64,000 nt of DNA from assembly GCA_965649765.1 (NCBI GenBank), contig OZ287757.1, positions 23,188,001 through 23,252,000 on the forward strand, given 5' to 3'. Each line of letters opens with the position of its first letter. The first letter of the stretch is position 1. The notes under the pieces were generated by a model, which saw only the letters and a program-made list of their open reading frames with translations, was not told where the DNA came from and made no database searches. Positions 25,801-36,487 of this stretch are shown here, in pieces. A program made the translations under genes and the position numbers. Source of the stretch: Bispira polyomma. Taxonomy: Eukaryota.

Positions 25801-28104
25801 AATATACAATAGTATACACTTGTATTTCCTTATCACAGAATGCTGGTCTTGTACAGACAATGTTATTACACACTGCCCTGACATCTTTCCTATAGAGCAG
25901 ACCCCATGGACCACCATGTTCCAGTCCATCTTCAGCCAAACAACTTCGATGTACACAGACATACCTGGCAGTGGAGAGACAACCTCCGGTAAAACAACCT
26001 CCACAAGCACATACATACCTGGCAATGGAGAGACAACCTCCAGCAAAACAACCTCCATGAAAGCAAACATACCTGCTAATGTAGACACAACCTCCAGCCA
26101 AACAACCTCCATGAAAACAACCATACCTGTTTATGGGGAGACAACCTCTAGTCAAACAACCTCCATGAAAAACACCATACCTGTTAATGGGGAGAAAACC
26201 TCCAGGCAAACAACCTCGATGAACACAGACATACTTGGTAATGGAGAGACAACCTTCAGTCAAACAATCTCGATGAACACAGACATACTTGGTAATGGAG
26301 AGACAACCTCCAGCCAAACAGCCTCGATGAACACAAACATACCTGGTAATGGAGAGACAACCTCCAGGCAAACAACCTCCATGATCAAAGAGATACTTGG
26401 TAATAGGGAGCCAACCTCCAGCCAAACCCAAACAACCTCTGTGACAACAAACATACCTGATAATGGAGAGACAACCTTCAGTCAAACAAACTCCATGATA
26501 ACAACCATACCTGGTACTGTAATGACAACCTTCAGTCAAACAACCTCTACGAAAACAGACATACCTGGTAATACAGACGTGCCTCGTAATAGGGAGAGTT
26601 CATGGCGGCCAGTCAGGGGCAAGAGAGCCGTCTGTTGTTCAGACACGTGGGTGTAACTTCAATATTGAATAACTCTACTTATTATATTTCATAGAAAGTC
26701 ACCACTGGAGAAATATTTGTTATATAAGTCAACATTGAAAAGTCTATGGACAGCATAAATTGCTTTTCTCCAGATTAGGTAAAAGAGATTAGTCACTTAA
26801 CTTTCCCAGTAGCTCTTCGTATATTTATAAGTAACATCTTATTGGATAAGCTCCTGTTGTATTTGTTATTCAGCTGACTACCCTATATAAAAATCTTCCC
26901 AGTTATAGTCAGACTTGTTTTATGATCAATTCTTCTAATCTGGTGTGTATCTGGCCATCAATAAGCTGTACCATAGATTTATAGATTTAACCGTGGTCAA
27001 GGTCAGCACATTGTCCAATGTGAAATATATTGTACCTAGTTCAGTGCTACCACAAAATCTGCTGAAGAGCTGTTGAGATTAACATATTGTTACATCAGCT
27101 GTGCAATCTATATTTTTCAGGTTCACAGTAAAACTTCCCTTCACAGACAAGGTAACCCTGAGGGGAAAGGCTTGGTACCCTGTGTGGTTCAGAGACATAC
27201 ATAAGACTCTACTGGTTAACAGACAGCTGTATGAGGAGGCCAGCTGTGCAGGGTAAGTTTTGAATATGAATTGATTTGGGTTGTACATCATTTTCTGATG
27301 GCCAAATCCAGTATTCTAGCAAGATTTTAATCTAAGTCAGAGTTAAGCTCAAATCTGAAGTATAAAAATAGTTATATGTGACTGCATATTTAAAATCTGC
27401 ACCAAAAGCACTATTAAAATGAATGACGACAGCTATAGGTTATTTTATGTACACAAATTTCCACATAGCCTTGGTTTGAACTTAGGCATGAGGTTCTTAA
27501 GAGGACACAGGCCCTGCTTTATAAATGGAGTAAACCAGTAGTAAATGTACTAGAAACCACTGACCTCGGTAAAGTGTTTGGCACATTGTCTCACACAAAG
27601 AAAGCAGTAAGAGTCAAATCCCTAGTCTTCAGATGTGAGAGGTTGAAAAAAATACATTTACCCATAATAAATGTATGTTTACAATTCATGAGGCAGTGAA
27701 CTTAATTCGCTTCATGGTTCAAGTTTGGAACATAGTAGAAAATACGGAATATGGATTGCTCCTTTGGGAGAGATAAAATAATTTTTTTTATATGATATGG
27801 ACCAAGTCTGAAAGTGCTCTATAACACTTTTAGAGTTTGTACATATCTAGTGAACTATGATTTTATTAGAGGAAGTAGTTTTATAGTTTTAGTCTTTTAT
27901 GTTAGAATACAAATAAGTATCTTTTATTTCAGTATCTGTCCCCACTGTCATACTGAACAGACAGTACACTTTGTGCTAATGACCGCAAACCGACCCCATC
28001 CTAAATGGGGACATCTCTTCACACTCTTCAATAGTTTCATCCTGCAGAACCTCAAGTTTGTGGCTGTCTACAAAAATGGCTACTGTAAGTGTTTCTCACC
28101 ATAG
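19850..28104 (+). CDS. Secreted Spaetzle/cystine-knot-like precursor with expanded mucin-like repeats, copy C; exons 19850-19976, 22871-22981, 25839-26646, 27121-27252, 27933-28104 (449 aa)
   Basis: Same exon phases as copy A; 1350 nt open; RGKR and all seven C-terminal Cys conserved; exon 3 is 564 nt longer through in-frame repeats. Confidence 0.85.
20712..21032 (+). CDS. THAP zinc-finger ORF (transposon-derived)
   Basis: MVHCVVFGC..W..RLCSDHF..F..LKPEALPS matches the C2CH THAP signature with an AVPT-like box. Confidence 0.85.
   Translation: MVHCVVFGCKNRSNNQKPGQKVHLCAFTRDEAVKVIWIKCLKKEKYQWKVGHRLCSDHFDRSQFEVDPIRMAELGYPNARTKLKPEALPSFTYKTVSKKTLSTLIK
21180..21390 (-). mobile_element. Divergent tRNA-derived SINE (second MESC-like family) inside the Kolobok
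   Basis: Minus strand has a tRNA-like head, a TGTGGGAATGTTGGCAGTTACTTGC core and a (CAAT)n tail. Confidence 0.55.
23723..25203. mobile_element. Non-autonomous TIR element with TGT..ACA ends and 4-bp TSD (Ginger-like) in intron 2 of copy C
   Basis: TIR tgtta(c/a)aactgataatgtatcaaaaac; flanks tgag / cgag; about ten subterminal gatac(a/g)ttattgg repeats at 24988-25200. Confidence 0.65.
25961..26560 (+). repeat. Coding 54-bp tandem repeat, 11 units (consensus IPGNGETTSSQTTSMNTD)
   Basis: Read from ORF 25784-26656; 11x54+6 = 600 nt. Confidence 0.95.
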
Positions 28105-28496
28105 CCACTGCGTGGATTACCATGCTCGACAGACTATATATAGATAGTGCACTGACATGTACGCAGAGATACTGTAGGGGTGTATTATGCGTAGTGTATT
28201 TGCTTGTAGAGGGCCTAATACTCTGTAAATGTTTTTCAAGGATAACAGTCCAAAAACATTGTCAAGTCTGTAATCATTGGGACACCAACCTATCTCACTA
28301 AAACAAATCAGTTACTTTCTGAAGGATGACAGAATTTCAGTTGTCCAGTGATTTGAACAGTGTAAGGTTTTTGACAAGAATTTTATCTTATTGATACAGG
28401 TGTTTATAGATTTATAATAATCTGAATTAACGATCTGAAACTCATACTTAAATGATGTCCATGTTAAAATGATGAAATATATATATATATATATAT

Positions 28497-29348
28497 CCAC
28501 ATGTTTTCACTTTTTGACCATGTGAAGGAGATATGTAGTCTACAAGGTATTCTACTTATTTCTAAAGCTTAGTGTTACAATTAAATCAAGCCATTGTGGT
28601 CAGGCAAGCATATTTTACAATATAGCTATTACACACAAATAAGACATGTCTGGTGTCACACAGATGGACTGACCATTGATGTGGTATGAATTTGATCTAG
28701 AAAAAAAAACTTTATATATATATATATATATTGTACTTAATAACTGAATATTATGACACTAAATGACATATTCAATCCATTGCTAATCATGTGTACAATC
28801 TTACAAGTCAATATAATCAAAGTGTATCTTGATATATATTTGTCAAAGCCAACGTGTAAAAAATGTGACTGAGTTTTGTGCCAAAAGTTATATTTAAATT
28901 ACTGGTATCATGTCTGATTTTAAGTGACAATAATGTAATGTGATGCAAGGAACTGGGAATTGTGTTATATATCTATGATTATGGAACACATAAAATAATT
29001 GTTAAGTAGTCCCAGTAAATGCATACATTATGTCACATATTATATACAATATGCTACTGTCAGCAGCTTGAAGAATGTTCGTGAATATATATTTTGTAGT
29101 TAATGCCAAACACTTAATTCCCATAATATAAGTTGAATATATAAGCCTAAATGTCTTAAAATATTGGCTAAAGTTTTTTTTCTAGATCAAATTCATACCA
29201 CATATTTGTGTGTAATAGCTATATTGTAAAATATGCTTGCCTGACCACAATGGCTTGATTTAATCGTAACACTAAGCTTTAGAAATAAGTAGAATACATT
29301 GTAGACTACATTATCTCCTTCACATGGTCAAAAAGTGAAAACATGTGG
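28497..29348. repeat. Inverted repeat, arms 28497-28714 and ~29170-29348
   Basis: ccacatgttttcactttttgaccatgtgaagg.. and its reverse complement; right arm lacks a ~40-bp internal piece. Confidence 0.9.
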
Positions 29349-31355
29349 CTCATCATCACCAAATTTCATGTAAAGTAAATTTAGTACTTATTTTGCAATA
29401 GTGATGTTAAACAAACTAACCAAAAGATAACCTAAAACATAACATTGGTACATCTTTGTAGTTGAGTATGGGATTTGCTAAGCTAACTTCTGATTTATCT
29501 ATAAATGAGTGTTTTGCATTCAGCTCAGAAGTTAGTGCTAGATGAGCTTCTTATGCAAACTTTTATCGGTCTAGTTATGTGACTGTATGCTCTGTAAATA
29601 TATGATAAACTATTCTACAACATAGGCAATTCATCATTCATCAGTGGGCTTTCTGATCACCAGGCCAACCGCCTAACCAAGAAAACCATTGGCAACTTTC
29701 GTCATATAAAATGTATTACTTTCCCTTAAATATGATTATCTGCCATCGTATAGTGGTACACATACCTGTCAGTAATCACCTGGACTTCTCCAACTCCCTC
29801 TAAGACGATGTCACTAAGGCCAGTCTTCTCAATCTCCAGGCAAAATTGCCTCTGTCGCATTGCTTATTAAGTTCAATACCAAAGATGCAACACCCCTCTT
29901 TTCCAAGAATACCTGAATGAATATGTTGTATAATTAATTTATCAAAAGGGATAATAGATATCGAAAAGGAATGACCTTGAATTAAATATATAAGTGATGG
30001 TAAGATACTAGTTTGTGTGAATTTGAGTATAATAGTACCTCTTAAATTTACAATACTTGACTACTATGGTCTGGCGCAATAACAAAACCTTGGTGGACAA
30101 TAATTTGGTCAACAAATGTACATAATGAAATTAAAACTGCTGATTGCGTCTCCCAAATGGGACACAATCAGTCCAATTGATCAAGAATCATGACCTGAAA
30201 TAGGAACTAAAGAACCTTCCGTCCTCACTTAATCCCTGGATTGACCTGTTTCTATTCCTAGTGTGTTTGTAATTGGGAAAAAAATATTCCTAAGAACACT
30301 TTTGAAAACGAACAACACCTATTTCTTTGCACTAAAACATCACTGTTTTAGACACAACTTTCAAGCTGGATTGGTTAAATTCTTAATATTACATTCAAAT
30401 TTGATGTATTTTGATTTTTTTAATATTACTCCGAATATGATACTTGTATAATAGCAAGAGTGAGAATAAATCTATATTCTACTGTTTATTTGAACTAAAA
30501 AAAAAACAAAACAGAAGCTCCATACAACCTCTACAAGTATGAATGTGGTAATAATAAGTTAGTGGAAACCTTAAGCCACACTTTGATTTTATTCTACATT
30601 TCTATTTTATTGTAAGACTCACACTTCTTTTTAAAAAATACTATGCAATTATATAAGAATTGGTATGAAGTTGATACAAAATGTTATTTGTTATTGTTTT
30701 TTAGTTTCTTTTTCTTAGAAACTTACATTCATTTATAAGACGGTCAATTCCTTCTCTTATATAACTGGTGTATTTTATCTCTTGAGATATTTTACATCTT
30801 TCTCATAAAACATTTTTGCATTACTAGCTTGTAATTTGTCTTCTAATGACATAAGTTTACATGTGACATCATTCTTATAATCTTTGGTTTCATAACACTC
30901 TATTGTTACTACAAAAAAATGGACTATTTTAAGAAATCCACTAGGTATAAATTCAATGGGTACAAAGGTGTGAATACCAGTAGCCTGATCCTAATTTTGG
31001 CAAAAGAACACCCTTTTTGGGGCTATTGTGATTTGAGATGTTGCACAACACGACTACTATAGGGGTCTGTTAGTTCAGTCCAACATAAGATTAATTCAAC
31101 CTTAAACACCATAGATTATACCTACTTTTTATTTTCTTGTTTATTGGGTAACAACCAATTAAATTCAAACCCATCCACCCATGACCGCTCCCCTCCACTT
31201 TCCACCATTATTAACTCGAGACTTGAACGAGCAACAACATATATTGCAAAAACGACTGGAATGTACATAGAATTTTATTTTGGTTTGATTTTAGTTTGTT
31301 TTTACATTATACATTCAGTCTGACAATATATATACACTTTATATGAACTAAGAAG

Positions 31356-32720
31356 ATGGGGAAGACGGCGAAGAAGCCTCCTGTTACGCGGTCTACTACT
31401 ACAAAGGTGAGGGGGAAGAAAACTAAGGGTGTTCCGACAGACGACGGTTCACAGGTAACTGATATCATAGCCTCAGAAGTACATGCCCAGCTCACCGCTC
31501 TAGCCTCTAGAGCTTCGGATCTTTCTTCAGATGCACTATCATCGATCATAACTACGTCCGGAGCTACTTATGTTCAGGCCACACCTCCACGTGCGCCTTT
31601 GAGTACAAGCGTTGTACCAGAAGTCGGGCTCTCTCTACCATTTAATTTCCAAACGCTTGGTAAAGATTCGGCTTATGGCGGGATCACACCACCACGTTGC
31701 CAGACTTTACACACAGATCAACAACTCCCTTCGGGTAGCGGGTCGACTTCAGACAACTCTTCACAAATGCTAGCCATTTTAAAGCGACTTGAGACTTCAA
31801 ACGCCGAACTCGGCAAACGTATCGAACGGGTCGAGACTGCTCAGACTCAACAAGCACTTCTCAATAGGCAGGTAGCAGACGTCGCCGCAACTCAGCTCTT
31901 CACGGCGAATCCCAGTACTTCAGCAGTGGCTTCGGCGGGAGCGAACCCTGGCTTGGTTCACCAACTTCCGGTTCAACACGAATTCGGCCGTGATGGAGTG
32001 GTTCCACAACTAGATACACTGAGGGCAATTCCAGCCATCCAAGCAGCTATAGCCAGACAGTTGGCTGGGTATGATGCGAATATACAGCGGGACATTTTGC
32101 AAGGTAAGCCAGTAAAACAAAAATCTGGTCGTTACAACAGTGCTGATATTTCAACAGCAGACCCCAAGTTTAGATGGCCGAATGAGGGGTGGGTCGGAGC
32201 GAATGCAAAACGTAAACCTACATTTGATGAACTTTCTTTGGCCCAATGGGCAGCAGGGCAAGTAAACAACGCTCTTTTAGTGACAGACTCGGTCGTGATG
32301 AAAGGTATGCTTCAACAGATAGTACATACACTCAGGGACGCGGCCGCTCTCCCCTGGCCGGTCGTCCGCACGGCATACGGACACAGTATGCAAGAGGTAG
32401 AGGAAGGACGTCTCACGTGGGACAATCAAACGCAGTGGGCGCTAAATAGACTTAGCGCATCACAGACGGCATTAGTAAGCAGCAATACTAACAATGTCAC
32501 TGGGGATTCGAGCAAGGGGAAACAAAGTAATGAATTCAAGACGATCTGTAAATTGTATAATAATGGGAAGTGTTCTTATAAAGCTGACCATGCAAATTAC
32601 CGTCACATTTGTTGGCATTGTTCAAAGACATTAGGTAAGGATGCTGTGCATCCAGAGTTTAAATGCTTCAAATTTCAATCCAATTTGAACAAGAATCCAG
32701 AACTTAGTACGAATCGCTAG
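31356..32720 (+). CDS. gag: Gag-like ORF1 (454 aa)
   Basis: Basic N-terminus, coiled coil, C-terminal CKLYNNGKC..H and HICWHC..H..C knuckles; homologues in three other copies here. Confidence 0.9.
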   Translation: MGKTAKKPPVTRSTTTKVRGKKTKGVPTDDGSQVTDIIASEVHAQLTALASRASDLSSDALSSIITTSGATYVQATPPRAPLSTSVVPEVGLSLPFNFQTLGKDSAYGGITPPRCQTLHTDQQLPSGSGSTSDNSSQMLAILKRLETSNAELGKRIERVETAQTQQALLNRQVADVAATQLFTANPSTSAVASAGANPGLVHQLPVQHEFGRDGVVPQLDTLRAIPAIQAAIARQLAGYDANIQRDILQGKPVKQKSGRYNSADISTADPKFRWPNEGWVGANAKRKPTFDELSLAQWAAGQVNNALLVTDSVVMKGMLQQIVHTLRDAAALPWPVVRTAYGHSMQEVEEGRLTWDNQTQWALNRLSASQTALVSSNTNNVTGDSSKGKQSNEFKTICKLYNNGKCSYKADHANYRHICWHCSKTLGKDAVHPEFKCFKFQSNLNKNPELSTNR

Positions 32721-35504
32721 GGACAATACCGTCAGCCAATCAGCGGAAATAGCAAGTTTAAAGGTAAGCAGAGTAATGATATTAACCAATTTATTAACAT
32801 TGAGAATAATGTTCCAAAACTCAATAAATGTAGGTATACAAAATTAAATTCTAACAATGCCAATAACGGTGATGTTGAAGGTATAAACAACTCTGAATGT
32901 TTACATTATGAGAACATTGGAAAAAATAAAAATGTCAGCATTCAGGCAACCAAGGAGTTTGAATGGGGGCATTATGATAATTATGATATAGAATATAAAA
33001 ATGTCGTAGACACTGTTGAGAAGAATGGTGTAATAGATATAATTCAATGTGATCAGAATATTACAGACAATCTGAATATGGGAAAACCAAATGGCATGAA
33101 TTGTAATGATAAAAAGGTGATTATAAATGAACTTTGGCAGAATGTTGTTAGCCAACTTGACATGGTTAGTAAAGTTAAAATTTCAGTCACGAATTGGTAT
33201 GCAATTTCTACATACGGGGGTGTTATGGCACCTGTAGTGTATATGTCTAGTGTAAGTAGTCAACATTTTGACAACGGCTTTTATTGTATATGTCATTCTG
33301 ATACTGATAATTGTATGATCTATTCACCTACTGCCATAACCTTTACAGATAAATTGCAGATCATAGATTGTTATGAGACTGAGATTTGGTTGAATCACAG
33401 TATAAGCAATGATGTAACACCACATAGTATGGTCATGCATTCTCACACTGATAAGCAACAGTCGGTCAATGACCATTACAATTATACTAAAGATCTGCAA
33501 TGCTGGGAGCGTTATGGCTATGATTATACTTCATACATTGAAAACATTATTGACACATTAATGTTGCAATCTGAGGTGTCAGATTATAGTTCAGGTTTAG
33601 TAAATGATGATTCAATAAACTTAACTGACAGTACTACCAGGCAACAGCAGGTGAGTAATAACGACGTACCAGGAAAAGACGCATCCCTCTTCTTCGAAAA
33701 TTGTGACAGTACATATATACATGAACTTAAGGAAGTTACCAGTTCTGGTGACATTGACATTAATGATCCAGATAAGAAAAAAGGCTTTCTTGCACTTTCT
33801 AATACAAAATTTGAGTTCAATGGCCCTGATAGACAACCAGTGAACATTGATTCCATTGATGAGATGATTAGAATAGGCAAGGTAATTAGTGACACTCAAC
33901 TTCCTAATTACAAACAAGCTAGATTTCCTATTGGTTCGGGGTTGAACCCAACTGCTTGGGAAGACATATTTCATGATTACCCTGATCAATTGATAATACA
34001 ATACATTAAGTTTGGCTTTCCTCTAAGTCTTACAAATCATAATAAGTTAAAGAACACAGAAATACACAATCATTTCTCTGCTTTACAATATACCAAAGAA
34101 GTTGGTCAATACCTGGAGAAAGAAAAGAGTAAGGGAGCTATGTTGGGCCCAGTCAGAGCAATAAATTCCTCTCAACTTCATTGTTCTCCATTGTTAACTC
34201 GTCCCAAAGATATTGATAAAAGACGGATAATCTTGAATCTCTCATATCCTGATGGAAATTTGTTGAATGACAATGTTGATAAAATACACTTTCACGGTGT
34301 AAAATTTAAATTAAAATTTCGTACTATTGATGACATCACACAGGCAATTATTAATACTGAAGAACCAACTCTATTCAAAATTGATATTTCGTGCGCGTTT
34401 CGTAACCTCAGAGTCGACCCAGCTGAGGCCATTAAGTTGGGCATACTCTGGAATGACAACTTGTACCTTGATCCGGCAATTCCCTTCGGCTGGGTACATG
34501 GAAGCGGGGCATTTCAGCATTGTTCAGACGCAGTCGCTTACTTTATGAGAAAATCCGGTTTTAACTTATTATGCTACATCGATGATTATATATGTATAGT
34601 ACCTAAATCCAAGGCTCAGCAGGGTTTTGAAATTCTTATAGATCTCTTGACAAAACTAGGTCTACCCATGAATAGTGAAAAACTCACTCCTCCCACCTGT
34701 AACATTACATGTCTAGGTATAGACATAGACGTGCAGGAAGGTACTATTTCTATAACTAAGGAAAAAATTACTCAAATTTGGAACCTTTGTTTAGAAATAT
34801 ATAACAAAAAATTCATTTCCAAAAATAAATTTCAATCCCTTTTAGGCAGTTTACTTTACATACATAAATGTGTCAAACCAGCGCGTACTTTTATAAATAG
34901 ACTGTTAATGGCGTTTAGAGGTAATACAGACAAACGTATAAAGATCGATACTGCTATGAAAAACGATTTACAATGGTTTCTAACATTTCTCCCAGTTTAT
35001 AATGGCATCACATATATTCAGCCTACCATCATTCAACACGCGAACGAACTGCATCTTGACGCTTGCCTTACAGGCTGCGGAGGAATCTGGGGTGAACAGA
35101 TATACGCAACCCCTATTCATAACCTTTACAACAGAGATCTCAACATAGCACATTTAGAAATGTTGAATATCATTATTGCAGTAAGAATATGGGCTAATGA
35201 CTGGGCCCACAGCAAACTTAATATTCATTGTGACAATATGGCTGTAGTATTGGTTGTCGGATCACAGAAAACCAGAGACGACTTTTTGGCATTCTGCTTA
35301 AGAAATTTATGGCTGATAGCAGCAACATTCGACATAACACTCACCATCGAACACATCCCTGGTAAGCAAAACGTTATAGCTGACGCTCTTTCAAGGATTT
35401 ACTCAGCTCATCCACCTCCTTTGGAAATGTTAAATACACTCAATAACAAATTCCAGTGGAAACAAGTCACACTGGAACACTTTAATCTCAATTTATTTGT
35501 TTAA
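32721..35504 (+). CDS. pol: Pol: reverse transcriptase + RNase H, open in the gag frame from the gag TAG onward (first ATG 33078)
   Basis: KIDISCAFRNL, PFG, CYIDDY, LGIDID, LDACLTG, HCDN, HIPGKQNVIADALSR; no stop between 32721 and 33078. Confidence 0.95.
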   Translation, partial: GQYRQPISGNSKFKGKQSNDINQFINIENNVPKLNKCRYTKLNSNNANNGDVEGINNSECLHYENIGKNKNVSIQATKEFEWGHYDNYDIEYKNVVDTVEKNGVIDIIQCDQNITDNLNMGKPNGMNCNDKKVIINELWQNVVSQLDMVSKVKISVTNWYAISTYGGVMAPVVYMSSVSSQHFDNGFYCICHSDTDNCMIYSPTAITFTDKLQIIDCYETEIWLNHSISNDVTPHSMVMHSHTDKQQSVNDHYNYTKDLQCWERYGYDYTSYIENIIDTLMLQSEVSDYSSGLVNDDSINLTDSTTRQQQVSNNDVPGKDASLFFENCDSTYIHELKEVTSSGDIDINDPDKKKGFLALSNTKFEFNGPDRQPVNIDSIDEMIRIGKVISDTQLPNYKQARFPIGSGLNPTAWEDIFHDYPDQLIIQYIKFGFPLSLTNHNKLKNTEIHNHFSALQYTKEVGQYLEKEKSKGAMLGPVRAINSSQLHCSPLLTRPKDIDKRRIILNLSYPDGNLLNDNVDKIHFHGVKFKLKFRTIDDITQAIINTEEPTLFKIDISCAFRNLRVDPAEAIKLGILWNDNLYLDPAIPFGWVHGSGAFQHCSDAVAYFMRKSGFNLLCYIDDYICIVPKSKAQQGFEILIDLLTKLGLPMNSEKLTPPTCNITCLGIDIDVQEGTISITKEKITQIWNLCLEIYNKKFISKNKFQSLLGSLLYIHKCVKPARTFINRLLMAFRGNTDKRIKIDTAMKNDLQWFLTFLPVYNGITYIQPTIIQHANELHLDACLTGCGGIWGEQIYATPIHNLYNRDLNIAHLEMLNIIIAVRIWANDWAHSKLNIHCDNMAVVLVVGSQKTRDDFLAFCLRNLWLIAATFDITLTIEHIPGKQNVIADALSRIYSAHPPPLEMLNTLNNKFQWKQVTLEHFNLNLFV

Positions 35505-35510
35505 TTGTAG

Positions 35511-36487
35511 GTTCTACCAACATCAGCAGCAGCTTTATACCCTCTGCTTGGGCCAGGATTGATACAGCCATCAGGCCGAAGACTGCTAGCACATATAAAG
35601 CACAATTTAATAATTTCCTGTCCTTTAATCACTTTGTGGGCATTTCTGAGGTAACAGTTCATTCAGTGTTAGTATTTCTAGAATATCTGGTTCAGGCAGG
35701 GTTATCACCTGGTGCAATAAACAACTATGTAGCAGCTATTAAATACATGACACAAAAATTCCAACTAGATACCACTCCTTTATCTCATAAGTACATACAG
35801 CTTTTCTTGAGAAGTTTGACTCATAATTCAACTTTCAAGCCTAAACATAAAGGCATTTTCAGCATACAACAGTTAGCCAGCATATCTAAAGCATGTGACA
35901 TTTTACACGATCCACCACTATTTAGGGCCATTTTTCTGCTGGCATTTTTTGCCTTCTTAAGGCTTTCTAATATAGCATCACATTCTAGGGCTTCATTTGA
36001 TCCTACAAGACAATTCCTCAGACAGGATCTATTGTTTATTCTACCTGGAGCCCATATTACATTAAAATGGGCAAAAAATCTACAGAATAGATCTGATACA
36101 CACAACATACAGATTCCTCAATTGCAGAACTTGGTGTTATGTCCAGTCCTGGCTTTGAGGAAACTACTAGCTTCCAGGGATTTACCTCCTCATGCACCTT
36201 TATTTGCATCAGCTACTCCACCTTTTTACCCAATAGTGGATTCTCACGTGAGGGCAGCCCTTCAAAAAATATTACAACACATTGGGATAGAATACAAATT
36301 TCATGGATTTCACACATTCAGGCGATCAGGCGCCACATACGCATTCAATAATAATGTTTCACTACAGAATATTATGTCACACGGCTTATGGAGATCCTCA
36401 GCAGTGTGGACTTATCTACAACAAACTTCAGAAGCAGCTTCTGTAGTTCCCCTCACGTTCGCTTCCACCATTCCTTCTTTCTCTTAG
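35511..36487 (+). CDS. Tyrosine recombinase with no N-terminal ATG; probably a spliced exon starting at 35511
   Basis: Catalytic motifs FLRLSN, KWAK, HTFRRSG, HGLWRSSAVWTY; homology to copy-1 YR extends to the AG at 35509-35510. Confidence 0.9.

Noticed and set aside
25790-26539. 249-aa Gly/Cys-rich minus-strand ORF, and similar antisense ORFs at 5051-5311 and 11770-11961
   Set aside because: Antisense shadow of the 54-bp coding repeat; splice sites and paralogy support the plus strand
14345-26560. Regular repeats (32-bp, 54-bp, gatacattattgg arrays) as CRISPR-like arrays
   Set aside because: Head-to-tail tandem or subterminal TE repeats without unique spacers, no cas genes, eukaryotic context
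35636-36487. YR as a phage integrase or bacterial contamination
   Set aside because: It lies within a gag-pol-YR retroelement with split direct repeats, among spliceosomal genes
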